Source: a virus
Virus record (IMG/VR): IMGVR_UViG_2912445111_000002
Span: 1,296 to 65,295 of that record
Length of the DNA: 64,000 nt
Strand: one strand, 5' to 3'
The notes beneath the pieces were generated by a model. The model ran no database searches. It was not told the origin of the DNA and saw nothing but the letters and a program-made list of their open reading frames with translations. Positions within the stretch are counted from its first letter, which is position 1. Every line of letters begins with the position of its first letter. Positions 18,449 to 27,285 of this stretch are shown here, piece by piece. A program made the position numbers and the translations under genes.

Positions 18449-18547
18449 CCGTCCGCTGTCACCGGAACAGCGCGCCCGTTGGCGCTATTACGATCTCGTC
18501 AGTGCGGACCTAATCCGCAGACACCTAGCCGTGTGTTGCCGCTTCCT

Positions 18548-18709
18548 CTAGGCGTTTCGATCTTGTGTTGCTCGGCAGCCGGCAATCGCCGGAAATCCCT
18601 CAACCTGAACCCACCCCATAAAACTCGCCGAGTCCACCATCGGCATCCACATCGCAACGAGTGCTTCGTGTTGCATGTCTCGGATGGTGCGGATCCAGAG
18701 GGTGAGCAT
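18548..18709 (-). CDS. Small hypothetical protein (53 aa, MLTLWIRTIRDMQ...)
   Basis: Hand-translated; AGGAG RBS. Confidence 0.5.
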   Translation of the reverse strand: MLTLWIRTIRDMQHEALVAMWMPMVDSASFMGWVQVEGFPAIAGCRATQDRNA

Positions 18710-18836
18710 GGCGGGCTCCTAAAATTCGGGCGCGGGATTCTCTCCGCCCCGCAAAGTCACGCCTGATACCCGTGGCGTTCCGAAAGCCGTCTCGTGATAA
18801 CTTCTTGGTTCCTCAACCACACGAAACGGATACGCT

Positions 18837-19034
18837 ATGCCTCTCAACGAACAGCAGGCCAGAGACAAGGCCATCGAAACTCTTCACAAACTCATCGAAT
18901 CCCAGTCTGTCCATCTTTCCGGATCCGGTTCATCCAGCCTTATCGACACTCACGCGCAGCGCGGAAAAATTGACACCGCCTATCTCGATGCATTGCTCAA
19001 GGGGTTGATCGAGATTTATCGTTCAGTTCCTTGA
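18837..19034 (+). CDS. Small protein antisense to the PL operon (moron-like)
   Basis: Protein-like helical 65-aa ORF; possible extended -10 TGaTAACTT near 18795. Confidence 0.6.
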   Translation: MPLNEQQARDKAIETLHKLIESQSVHLSGSGSSSLIDTHAQRGKIDTAYLDALLKGLIEIYRSVP

Positions 19035-19182
19035 TGTAGTCCCGGACGGCGCGGTCAGCTTTGATGCAAATCGTGACCGCGTCGTCAACGGCGCTCTCGA
19101 TGAGAGAGCCCGCCTTAGCGTTGTCGATGACGGTGTGCAGCACAGTCAGCGCAAAATCTTCGGTAATGTGATCCAACTTCAT
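18997..19182 (-). CDS. First gene of the PL operon, hypothetical
   Basis: GGAG RBS just downstream of PL. Confidence 0.65.
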   Translation of the reverse strand: MKLDHITEDFALTVLHTVIDNAKAGSLIESAVDDAVTICIKADRAVRDYIKELNDKSRSTP

Positions 19183-19237
19183 CTCGCTCTCCGGTTGGTT
19201 GCGTTGGTCAGCTCGTTGTGTGCCGTCCTTGGAATGA

Positions 19238-19287
19238 ATCTTAGGCCGCCCTAAACGTCACGTCAAGAACTTTTTAGGTCGCCCTAA
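19238..19287 (-). promoter_or_regulatory. PL promoter (TTGACG-N17-TAAGAT) with two operators TTAGG-N4-CCTAA (19241-19254, 19274-19287)
   Basis: Sigma70 hexamers at 17-bp spacing; palindromes shared with the OR region. Confidence 0.85.
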
Positions 19288-19298
19288 TGCCATAGACG

Positions 19299-19322
19299 AA
19301 AATAAAGCCGCTTTCGCGGCTT
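19299..19322 (-). terminator. Intrinsic terminator of the cI operon
   Basis: AAGCCGC-GAAA-GCGGCTT followed by U-rich tail on the minus strand. Confidence 0.7.
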
Positions 19323-19340
19323 CGCGGCCTCTGGGCCTAG

Positions 19341-19559
19341 TTACTTGACGGTAGCATCCCGAACCATGTCCGCCAGCATCTCGAGAGATCTCAGCAGGCG
19401 TCGCAGTGTTGCGTCTTGCGGGGCGTCGCCGGAACTCTTTGATGCGCCCTTCATACTCTTTATCTTTCTTCCCCGTTCTATTGGGATAACCCCTGATTTC
19501 CCACTATTTGTTCGTTCCACGGTGCGCCTCGCTCGCTCATTACCATTGGTATGAATCAT
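19341..19559 (-). CDS. Small basic protein downstream of cI
   Basis: ORF between cI and its terminator. Confidence 0.55.
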   Translation of the reverse strand: MIHTNGNERARRTVERTNSGKSGVIPIERGRKIKSMKGASKSSGDAPQDATLRRLLRSLEMLADMVRDATVK

Positions 19560-19606
19560 ACTGATACCCGCACGTAAATATTGGCCGCGAGAACGCTACT
19601 AATTAA

Positions 19607-20005
19607 TTAGGGTAAACGCTTGATTTTATGCGTTAAACCATGGGCGGCAAGGCGCTTCCGTAGCAATCGTCCGACGATTTCGAGCACATCCTCCCTTTCG
19701 TCTGTCCCCTCATGGTCAATTTCGATCAGAGCACCAATGATCGTCGCCATTTCATCGGTAACGTTTGCCGCTCGGCCGGCCCGCATCGCTCCTTGGTTGA
19801 AAATTAGCCAATACGGGTTGATTCGCAGCAAATCACAAGCTCTGAGCATGTGTTCTGACTTTATGTGCTCCGCCGGCTTGATGTTGCCAGCCCCTATCCA
19901 GGCAGCGACAGTAGGTGCCGCGACCCCAACCGCAGTTGCGAATGAGTTCGGTGTGTATTCGCTTTCCGATATGGCGAAAGCCAGGCGTGAGTTCCATGTG
20001 TTCAT
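19607..20005 (-). CDS. cI: Prophage repressor (HTH, no S24 peptidase domain)
   Basis: TPNSFATAVGVAAPTVAAW HTH; divergent from cro across operators. Confidence 0.8.
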   Translation of the reverse strand: MNTWNSRLAFAISESEYTPNSFATAVGVAAPTVAAWIGAGNIKPAEHIKSEHMLRACDLLRINPYWLIFNQGAMRAGRAANVTDEMATIIGALIEIDHEGTDEREDVLEIVGRLLRKRLAAHGLTHKIKRLP

Positions 20006-20069
20006 TAGGCTAGGCTAAACGAAAAAGTTTTAGGTGCCCCTTGCACTTTTCATTAGGCCGCCCTAAAAT
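20005..20069 (+). promoter_or_regulatory. OR operators (20005-20018, 20030-20043, 20053-20066) and PR (TTGCAC-N17-TAAAAT)
   Basis: TTAGGCCGCCCTAA is identical to the OL site at 19241; 17-bp spaced hexamers. Confidence 0.85.
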
Positions 20070-20083
20070 GAAGCCGTACCTTG

Positions 20084-20305
20084 ATGAAACAGCTTATGGA
20101 ACTTGATCCGAATATTGTCATTGACCGCCTGGGCGGAACTGGAGCTGTCGCTGAGATCTGCGACATCAGGGATCCGTCTGTCTCAGGCTGGCGCAAGAAC
20201 GGCATTCCAAAGCCTTGGCTGCGATTCCTGAAGGTCGCCTTCCCCGAGGCATTCCGCCCGGTCGAGGCGAGCATCAATGAAATTTCTGAGACGGCAGGCA
20301 AGTAA
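20084..20305 (+). CDS. cro: Cro-like repressor
   Basis: IDRLGGTGAVAEICDIRDPSVSGWRKNGIP HTH. Confidence 0.8.
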   Translation: MKQLMELDPNIVIDRLGGTGAVAEICDIRDPSVSGWRKNGIPKPWLRFLKVAFPEAFRPVEASINEISETAGK

Positions 20306-20357
20306 CCGTCTTGGCACTGGTGGTCTCCACACACTCCACCCCGAAGTGTGATGGTTT

Positions 20358-20383
20358 GGGCGATGTTCGCATCGCTCTTTTTT
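20358..20383 (+). terminator. tR1-like intrinsic terminator
   Basis: GGGCGATG-TTCG-CATCGCTC-TTTTTT. Confidence 0.7.
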
Positions 20384-20507
20384 ACAGCATGCCGGCTGGC
20401 GTTTCGCGGGTCGGTTAGGTAGTTCATGAAATTAGGCGTCCTATGTGGCGCTTTTAATTTCGCAGTGCAGCAATGGTGAATGCAATAGCCAACAACAGTT
20501 AATCACA

Positions 20508-20900
20508 ATGAAAAATTTCAATGAACTCATACAGCTAGCGCTTCCCGTGCTGATGGAAGTGCCCAAGCCGCGAAAGTTGGACGATGACTTGATTCGCTCA
20601 TGCGGCGACTACGGCGATGCAATTCGCCTTTGTCTGGATAAGCGCATTCGCCGCATCCGAGAAGGCGAGATTGCTGAGTACCTTGGTTTCAGCGCGCCCC
20701 ATCTCACGAAGGTGAAGAACGGCCAAGGCTATCTCACGACAGATCAAGAGTTGGTTCTTCAGCATCTCTGCTCGAATTGGTCGATCAGCCAATATGCGGA
20801 CATGCGAAAGAGCGAACTCGCTCAGATGATCGATTCCCCTTCGGCCGAGATTGCACGGTTGAAGGCTCAGATCGCGCAACTGGAGGCACGAGCAGCATGA
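20508..20900 (+). CDS. CII-position HTH regulator
   Basis: EIAEYLGFSAPHLTKVKNG HTH; follows cro. Confidence 0.65.
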   Translation: MKNFNELIQLALPVLMEVPKPRKLDDDLIRSCGDYGDAIRLCLDKRIRRIREGEIAEYLGFSAPHLTKVKNGQGYLTTDQELVLQHLCSNWSISQYADMRKSELAQMIDSPSAEIARLKAQIAQLEARAA

Positions 20901-21094
20901 ACGCGTCCCATCCCCCTATCCACATCGACCCGCTGCTTGCCGACGTGTACGAGCTGCTGCACCGGATGACGCGATCGCAAGATCAGGCGCTCGGCTGGTA
21001 TGCGTGGGATGCGATCAAGAAGCTGCAGCAGTACGAGGAACAGCATCGTGTCGCGATGGCGGCGGACTGTGTCGGTAAGAAAAACGGGAAATAA
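20897..21094 (+). CDS. Hypothetical protein
   Basis: ATGA overlap. Confidence 0.65.
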   Translation: MNASHPPIHIDPLLADVYELLHRMTRSQDQALGWYAWDAIKKLQQYEEQHRVAMAADCVGKKNGK

Positions 21095-21096
21095 GT

Positions 21097-21657
21097 GTGA
21101 GACGTCCTTCGTTTCAGTTTTATCCGGGTGATTGGACATCTAACAGCAACTTGCGCCGCTGCACGCATGCCGAAAAGGGCCTGTGGATCGACGTGATGTG
21201 CCTGATGCACGATCAGGAGGAGTACGGGGTCGTCCGGTGGCCCCTGAAGGAAATCGCGCAGGCAGTGAACTGCACCATCGTCGCATTGCGTGGCTTGGTG
21301 ACGAAGGGAATTCTGAAGGGCGCTGATGCGGGCCAGCAGGTAGAGCCTTTTGTATATGTGCCGCGGTCGGGCCGTAAGGACGGCGAACCCGTAACTTTGG
21401 TGTGTGCGCAACTCGGTCCAGTTTGGTACTCCTCACGGATGGTGAAGGATGAGTATGTCCGCACCATTCGCGGAGAATCTTCGCGCTTTGGTGCAGACGA
21501 TGGTGAAGCACCAAAGAAGACACCTAAGGGCAAACCAAAGGCTTCACCTAAGCACCCCTTTGGTGACGGCTCTTCTTCTTCGTCTTCTTCTTCACCTTCG
21601 GGTATTAGAACCACCCAGCCAGACGAAGACTTACCTAACCCCTTTGAGAGAACCTAG
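21097..21657 (+). CDS. Replication initiator-like protein (DUF1376/YdaU-like N-terminus)
   Basis: PSFQFYPGDW...EKGLWIDVMCLMH motif; position; internal repeats. Confidence 0.7.
   Translation: MRRPSFQFYPGDWTSNSNLRRCTHAEKGLWIDVMCLMHDQEEYGVVRWPLKEIAQAVNCTIVALRGLVTKGILKGADAGQQVEPFVYVPRSGRKDGEPVTLVCAQLGPVWYSSRMVKDEYVRTIRGESSRFGADDGEAPKKTPKGKPKASPKHPFGDGSSSSSSSSPSGIRTTQPDEDLPNPFERT
21486..21565. repeat. Iteron-like octamers (CACC[A/T]AAG), possible origin
   Basis: Direct copies at 21509, 21521, 21533, 21545 (12-bp period); inverted copies at 21486 and 21558. Confidence 0.55.
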
Positions 21658-21665
21658 GAGCGGCC

Positions 21666-22271
21666 GTGAATTTTTCCGAAACCGGATTTGTCGCTGCGGT
21701 TGAACATACCCCCTCCCTTGGCTCGGACAAAAATGCCCTGACTTTCGAGGGCGTCGAGATTCGACCGATTCCGAGCGCGGACGGCTATTTCGTCTCGGCT
21801 CGTGGTGCCGTGTTCTCGAATCGACCGCGCGGCAACGCTACTGCGGGACGCATGAAGCCGCTCAAGACGCACGACAACGATGATGGCTACCTGCAGTTTT
21901 GCGCCCGCCACGACGGCAAATCGAAAATCGTTCGCGTCAATCGGGCAGTGGCACTCGCGTGGATCGGCCCCGCTCCCGAAGGCGCGCTCTGCTGCCATCG
22001 CAACGGCATTCGAAGCGACAACTATTTCGAAAATCTCCGATGGGATTCGCTTGTTGGCAACGAGGCCGATAAGGCGATTCACGGGACGAAATTGATTGGC
22101 GAATCGCATCCCGCAGCAAAGCTGACTGCCGCAGACGTTTCGCGTATTCGCGAGGCCAAGCAAAGCGGCGGCCGCTTCTGGGGCGCGAAGGAGATCGCGA
22201 AAGAACTCGGCGTAAGCCTTGCCGCAGTGAAGGCGATTGCTAGCGGCCGCAATTGGTCGGAGGTCGCATGA
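21666..22271 (+). CDS. HNH homing endonuclease-like protein with C-terminal HTH
   Basis: YFVSARG...DGYLQ...CCHRNGIRSDNYFENLRW. Confidence 0.85.
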   Translation: MNFSETGFVAAVEHTPSLGSDKNALTFEGVEIRPIPSADGYFVSARGAVFSNRPRGNATAGRMKPLKTHDNDDGYLQFCARHDGKSKIVRVNRAVALAWIGPAPEGALCCHRNGIRSDNYFENLRWDSLVGNEADKAIHGTKLIGESHPAAKLTAADVSRIREAKQSGGRFWGAKEIAKELGVSLAAVKAIASGRNWSEVA

Positions 22272-23770
22272 TGGCCGCCGAACTTGAACTGAGGCCGTAT
22301 CAGGCGGCGGCAATCCAGGGGCTGCGGCAAGGGCTTTCGTCAAACTTTATGCGCCAGATGCTCTACGGCCCGACCGGCATGGGCAAGACCGCCCTGTCCG
22401 TTGGCTTGGTCAAGGGCGCTCGAGCGAAGGGCAAGCGCGTCGCGTTCCTTTGCAACCGGATCCAGCTCGTCGAGCAGGCATCGGCAGCGTTCCGCAAGTA
22501 CGGCATCGATCACGGCGTGATCCAAGGCCAGAACAGCCGCCGCGAGTACGAGCACGTTCTCGTTTGCTCGATCCAGACCGTCGCCAAGCGCGGGCTGCCG
22601 GACGTCGATTTAATCATCATCGACGAGGCGCACGGCGTCGCGGGATCGAAGGATTACCGCGGTATCATCGAAACGTTCGCCGGCAAACCCGTCATCGGCC
22701 TGTCTGCAACGCCATTCGCGAAGGGGCTTGGCAAACACTACGACAAGCTCAACGGGCCGCTGTTCGAGCGCATGGTGATCGCGTCGACCATCGGCGAATT
22801 GATCGACGATGGCTATCTGGTCGACTGCGACGTCTATGCCCCGTCCGAGCCGGATATGACCGGGTTCAAGCAAGTCCGGAACAAGTTCGGCGAACTCGAC
22901 TTTTCGGACATGGATGTAGGTCAAGCAACCGACAAGCCGGAACTGATCGGCGACATCGTTTCGCACTGGCTCAAGCTGGCGAAGGGTACACCGACGGTCG
23001 TGTTCGCATCGAACATCGCCCATAGCAAGCACATCGTCGAACAGTTTCTGGCCGTCGGCGTGACTGCCGAGCACATCGACTGCTACGACGACACGGACGC
23101 ACGCCGGGACGCCCTGAAGCGCTTCGAGTCGGGTCAGACGACGATCATCAGCAACTCGGCACTTCTGGCCGAAGGCTGGGATGCGCCCTTCTGTCAGACG
23201 CTGATCCTCGCCCGTCCGACGAAAAGCTTGATCCGCTACATCCAAATGGCGGGCCGCGTGCTGCGCCCCGCCGACGGCAAGACGCGCGCGCTGATTCTCG
23301 ACCATTCCGGCACGGTCAAGAGCCTTGGTTTCCCGACCGACGATCTGCCGCTTGAGCTTGACGACGGCAAGCCGAAAAAGTCGGGCCAATCGAAGTCGAA
23401 GGAAAAACTTCCGACTGCCTGCGCCAAGTGCTCGTTCATGAAGATGTCGCACAAGTGCCCCGCCTGCGGATTTGCGCCGGAGAAGCAGAACAGCGTGCAC
23501 ACGACTGACGGCGAACTCGTCAAGCAGGAGCGCGGCGCGAAAGAGAAATTCACCAAAGAGCAAAAGCAGCAGTTTTATTCCGAGCTTCTTGGTTTCCAAG
23601 CAATCAAGGGGTACTCGGATGGGAGGATCGCGCATTTGTACAAGGCCAAGACGGGCGTCTGGCCGCGAGAGCTGCTGCATCTTGCGTGTGAGCCGTCGCA
23701 AGAGACGAAGCGATACATCCAATCGCGCAACATTGCTTACGCTAAGGGGAAGAAGAATGGGGCAGCCTAA
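22268..23770 (+). CDS. SF2 DEAD/DEAH helicase with C-terminal zinc ribbon
   Basis: LRPYQ, GPTGMGKT, DEAH, SAT, QMAGRVLR, CxxC..CxxC. Confidence 0.92.
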   Translation: MMAAELELRPYQAAAIQGLRQGLSSNFMRQMLYGPTGMGKTALSVGLVKGARAKGKRVAFLCNRIQLVEQASAAFRKYGIDHGVIQGQNSRREYEHVLVCSIQTVAKRGLPDVDLIIIDEAHGVAGSKDYRGIIETFAGKPVIGLSATPFAKGLGKHYDKLNGPLFERMVIASTIGELIDDGYLVDCDVYAPSEPDMTGFKQVRNKFGELDFSDMDVGQATDKPELIGDIVSHWLKLAKGTPTVVFASNIAHSKHIVEQFLAVGVTAEHIDCYDDTDARRDALKRFESGQTTIISNSALLAEGWDAPFCQTLILARPTKSLIRYIQMAGRVLRPADGKTRALILDHSGTVKSLGFPTDDLPLELDDGKPKKSGQSKSKEKLPTACAKCSFMKMSHKCPACGFAPEKQNSVHTTDGELVKQERGAKEKFTKEQKQQFYSELLGFQAIKGYSDGRIAHLYKAKTGVWPRELLHLACEPSQETKRYIQSRNIAYAKGKKNGAA

Positions 23771-24413
23771 ACATCTTGATCTCACCGGCCAAAAATTCGG
23801 CCGATTGACCGCCATCGCGTTCGATAGCGAAAAGACGACCCGTAAAGCTTACTGGGTCTGCAAGTGCGATTGCGGCACGGTCAAATCAGTTCGCTCCGAC
23901 ATTCTCAAGCGCGGGACTACTGTTTCATGCGGTTGTTTCAGCGCCGAAAACGCAAAGTGCGTTCATACGAAGCACGGCATGTACAAATCCCCCGAGTATC
24001 AGGCGTGGGTGAACATGCGCGCACGGTGTTACGACAGCAAAAGCCGACATTACAAGAATTACGGAGGCCGGGGGATAGGAGTATGCGCTGAATGGCGCGA
24101 GTCATTCGATGCATTTTTTGCGGAGGTCGGTTTGCGGCCAAGCGACGATCATGAGTTAGATCGCGAGGAAAACGACAAGGACTACATGCCGGGCAATGTC
24201 CGCTGGGTTGTTAGGTCCGAAAACCAGAAGAACCGCCGATGCAGCAAGAATTGGATTATAGAAGGACGATTGTTTGAAACGATGCGCGACGCTGCAACCG
24301 AATTTGGCGTTCATCCGTCGACCATTCAAAAATGGTGCGATGGATTGCAAGTGGGCGACCGATTCTATCCGCCTAAAGCCAACTGTCGCTCGGAGTTGCG
24401 CAATGGCCAATAG
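23757..24413 (+). CDS. Homing-endonuclease-like protein (DLTGQKFGRL/CxCDCG/YGGRGI family)
   Basis: Characteristic motifs; overlaps flanking genes. Confidence 0.8.
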   Translation: MGQPKHLDLTGQKFGRLTAIAFDSEKTTRKAYWVCKCDCGTVKSVRSDILKRGTTVSCGCFSAENAKCVHTKHGMYKSPEYQAWVNMRARCYDSKSRHYKNYGGRGIGVCAEWRESFDAFFAEVGLRPSDDHELDREENDKDYMPGNVRWVVRSENQKNRRCSKNWIIEGRLFETMRDAATEFGVHPSTIQKWCDGLQVGDRFYPPKANCRSELRNGQ

Positions 24414-25296
24414 CAATGTCGCAGAACTCGCCTATGGGCGCTGGCCCGGAATCCTCGCCACGCTCGGCATAGATCCGAAATTTCTTTCGAATAGGCATGG
24501 CCCTTGCCCGCTCTGCGGGGGGCGTGATCGTTGGCGATTTGATGACAAGGGTCGCGGAACTTGGTACTGCACACACGATGGTGCAGGCGACGGAATTTCG
24601 TTGCTACAAAAACTTAAGGGATGGGACTTTAAGGAGACCGCGCGTCAAATCGAGGCAATTATTGGTGTTGTTCCGAAGTCCACGCCGCGTCATGAATTCA
24701 CGGATGAGCAGAAACGGCAAGCATTGCGCAAGGCGTGGAAAGAATCCCGCCCGGTGACGAAGGGTGATCCGGTTTGGACATACCTGAATCGCCGGACTGG
24801 CGTCGAAGAGGTCTCGAGTGCAATCCGCTTTCACCCGAATCTGCGTTATGACGCAACGCGATCCTTTCCGGCGATGCTGGCGACGGTGACGATGCCCGAC
24901 GGCAAAGCGTCGACGATGCATCGTACCTGGCTGGATGGCGAAGGCGGCAAAGCCCCCGTCGACGAGCCGAAGAAAGTGATGGCCGGCACGATCAAAACAG
25001 GTGCCATTCGCCTGACGGACACATGCGAATGTCTTGGCATCGCCGAAGGGATTGAAACGGCGCTGCGGGCCTCTATGCGATTCGGCGTGCCGACATGGGC
25101 GGCCATTTCTGCGGGAGGGTTGCGAGATTGGGAAGCACCCGAGGGCGTGAAGCACGTAATCGTGTTCGGCGATAACGATGCGAACTTCACCGGCCAGAGT
25201 GCAGCGTTTGCCTTGGGCCACCGCTTGGCGATGAGTGGGTTGATCGCGGAGGTTTTCATACCGCAACAAACCGGAACGGATTGGGCTGATGAGTGA
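24403..25296 (+). CDS. Primase (P4-alpha-type Zn domain plus TOPRIM)
   Basis: HGPCPLCGGRDRWRFDD; IAEGIETAL; FGDND; DWAD. Confidence 0.9.
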   Translation: MANSNVAELAYGRWPGILATLGIDPKFLSNRHGPCPLCGGRDRWRFDDKGRGTWYCTHDGAGDGISLLQKLKGWDFKETARQIEAIIGVVPKSTPRHEFTDEQKRQALRKAWKESRPVTKGDPVWTYLNRRTGVEEVSSAIRFHPNLRYDATRSFPAMLATVTMPDGKASTMHRTWLDGEGGKAPVDEPKKVMAGTIKTGAIRLTDTCECLGIAEGIETALRASMRFGVPTWAAISAGGLRDWEAPEGVKHVIVFGDNDANFTGQSAAFALGHRLAMSGLIAEVFIPQQTGTDWADE

Positions 25297-25444
25297 CGTG
25301 CGAATTTGCAGAACCTGCCGCCACGCGACCAAAGACCCCGGCAACGAATCGCACTATCGCGTTGGCTTGAGGAATTGCCGCCATCGCCCCGTTTGGGTAT
25401 TCGTTGTGGGCGGTCAGACGTGCGATAAGTGGGCGGCGAAGTAG
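25289..25444 (+). CDS. Small Cys-rich protein (51 aa)
   Basis: Hand-translated CRTC...C...CDKW. Confidence 0.55.
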   Translation: MSDVRICRTCRHATKDPGNESHYRVGLRNCRHRPVWVFVVGGQTCDKWAAK

Positions 25445-25456
25445 GGAGATGAATTG

Positions 25457-25822
25457 ATGGAGTCTATAGCGATGAAGTCAGGTAGCAGTACTAAGCGTAT
25501 GCAGGCCCTTGGGCGCCTCAAGGTGGGCGCGATGAACAAGACAGAGGCCGCATACGACAAGGCGCTTGCCGACCGAAAACGCGCCGGTGAGATCGCTTGG
25601 TATCGCTTCGAGGGAATCAAACTGCGCTTGGCCGACAACACGTTTTTCACTGTCGACTTTGCCGTAATGCTGGCCGATGGTTCGCTTGAGATGCATGAGG
25701 TGAAGGGGTTCATGCAAGACGACGCCAACGTGAAGTTGAAAGTCGCGGCGGAGTCTTACCCGTTCAAATTTGTGTTGGTCAGAAAAGCCAAGGGTGGCAC
25801 ATGGGACATCAAAGAGATCTAG
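25457..25822 (+). CDS. DUF1064-like PD-(D/E)xK nuclease
   Basis: MNKTEAAY...FEGIKLRLA...VDF...EVKG. Confidence 0.75.
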   Translation: MESIAMKSGSSTKRMQALGRLKVGAMNKTEAAYDKALADRKRAGEIAWYRFEGIKLRLADNTFFTVDFAVMLADGSLEMHEVKGFMQDDANVKLKVAAESYPFKFVLVRKAKGGTWDIKEI

Positions 25823-26289
25823 CCCGATTTATGAAATACGTCGAAATCGGCGAGACGTGCTGGCTATGGACGGGCGCGAAGCTTCCACGAGGCTACGGGC
25901 GATTTTATTTCGACGGCAAGCCGCGATACGCCCATCGTGTTTCGGTCGTCCTGCACGGCGGCGCGGTAGCTGACGACGCCTTGGTTATGCATTCCTGCGA
26001 CAACCCGAGTTGCGTCAATCCGGACCATCTGAGCGTCGGGACGCAGACGGAAAACATGCGCGACGCAGCCAGCAAGGGTCGTACCGTCAACTCGCAAGAC
26101 TGGGGCGGGGAGAAAAACCCAAAGGCAAAACTGACAAGCAGCCAGCGCGCCGAGCTCATAGCTCGAGCTATGACGGGAGAGTGCAATCGTGCTTTGGCGA
26201 CCAATTACAGAATCACGATCACGCGAGTGCAGCAGATCGTTAGGCAATCCAAGAGGTCCGGCGGCGGCTGGGCGACGGAGGACTTCTGA
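25801..26289 (+). CDS. HNH endonuclease
   Basis: CWLWTGA...GYG...AHRVS...HSCDNPSCVNPDHL...N. Confidence 0.9.
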   Translation: MGHQRDLARFMKYVEIGETCWLWTGAKLPRGYGRFYFDGKPRYAHRVSVVLHGGAVADDALVMHSCDNPSCVNPDHLSVGTQTENMRDAASKGRTVNSQDWGGEKNPKAKLTSSQRAELIARAMTGECNRALATNYRITITRVQQIVRQSKRSGGGWATEDF

Positions 26290-26290
26290 G

Positions 26291-26971
26291 ATGAGACAAC
26301 CCTGGTCTCCCGAAGAAATCGCCCTGCTCGAGCGCGAGTACCCGAGCACCCACACGCCGACGCTGGCGAAGCAGATGGGCCGTACTGACCGCAGCATCTA
26401 CGCAATGGCGGACGCCCTTGGCCTGAAGAAGTCCGCCGAATACCTTGCCAGCCCGCTGTGTGGCCGCACCGATGGCAAGCGCGGCGGCGAGTCGAGATTC
26501 AAGAAAGGCCATGCGACATGGAACAAGGGCGTTAAGGGCGTTTGCGGCACGCACGAAAACTGCCGGCGCACGCAGTTCAAGAAAGGCTCGATGAGCGGCG
26601 CGGCGCAACACAACTACGTGCCCATTGGGTCGGAGCGCCTGAGCAAAGACGGTTATCTCAAGCGCAAAGTCACGGACGATCCGAACATCATGCCGGCGCG
26701 TCGGTGGGTTGGCGTGCATCGTCTGGTGTGGGAGGCGGCGAATGGCCCTGTTCCCGATCATCACGTCGTTTGCTTCCTACCGGGGCGCCGCACCGCCGAA
26801 GCCGAAAAGATCACACTCGATGCGCTTGAGCTTGTCCATCGTAGCGAATTGGCTAGGCGGAATCATCCCCGGTCACGCAATCCTGAACTGGCGAAGCTGG
26901 TTCAACTAAAGGGCGCAATCACGCGCCAAGTCAACCGAATCGCCCGCGAGGCGCAGGAGCAACAGTCATGA
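26291..26971 (+). CDS. HNH endonuclease-family protein
   Basis: RFKKGHATWNKG, PIGSERLSKDGY, HRLVWEAANGPVP. Confidence 0.8.
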   Translation: MRQPWSPEEIALLEREYPSTHTPTLAKQMGRTDRSIYAMADALGLKKSAEYLASPLCGRTDGKRGGESRFKKGHATWNKGVKGVCGTHENCRRTQFKKGSMSGAAQHNYVPIGSERLSKDGYLKRKVTDDPNIMPARRWVGVHRLVWEAANGPVPDHHVVCFLPGRRTAEAEKITLDALELVHRSELARRNHPRSRNPELAKLVQLKGAITRQVNRIAREAQEQQS

Positions 26972-27249
26972 GCACGATTACCGATATGCGCGAGCACCTG
27001 ATGCAAACCCTTTCGGCGCTTCGCGATCGAGAAAATCCGATGGACGTCGATCGCGCGCGTGCGGTTGCTCAGGTCGCAGGCGTTCTGGTCGATAGCGCAA
27101 AGGTCGAAGTTGACTACATCAAGGCGACGGGTGCGGACAGAGATTCGTTGTTCATCTCGCCGCTGAACTCGAGTCCGGATCGCCTGCTGAATAACGACAA
27201 GGCATCGATTCAGCAAACGCCGACCGGCTTTATTCATCGGATGAAGTGA
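26968..27249 (+). CDS. Hypothetical phage protein
   Basis: Coupled ORF. Confidence 0.75.
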   Translation: MSTITDMREHLMQTLSALRDRENPMDVDRARAVAQVAGVLVDSAKVEVDYIKATGADRDSLFISPLNSSPDRLLNNDKASIQQTPTGFIHRMK

Positions 27250-27285
27250 TGGCCCGCGAAATCGCAAACGAAGAAACGGAGGTGT

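Noticed and set aside
20053..20427. Minus-strand ORF antisense to cro
   Set aside because: Overlaps cro and the operators, with no motif support
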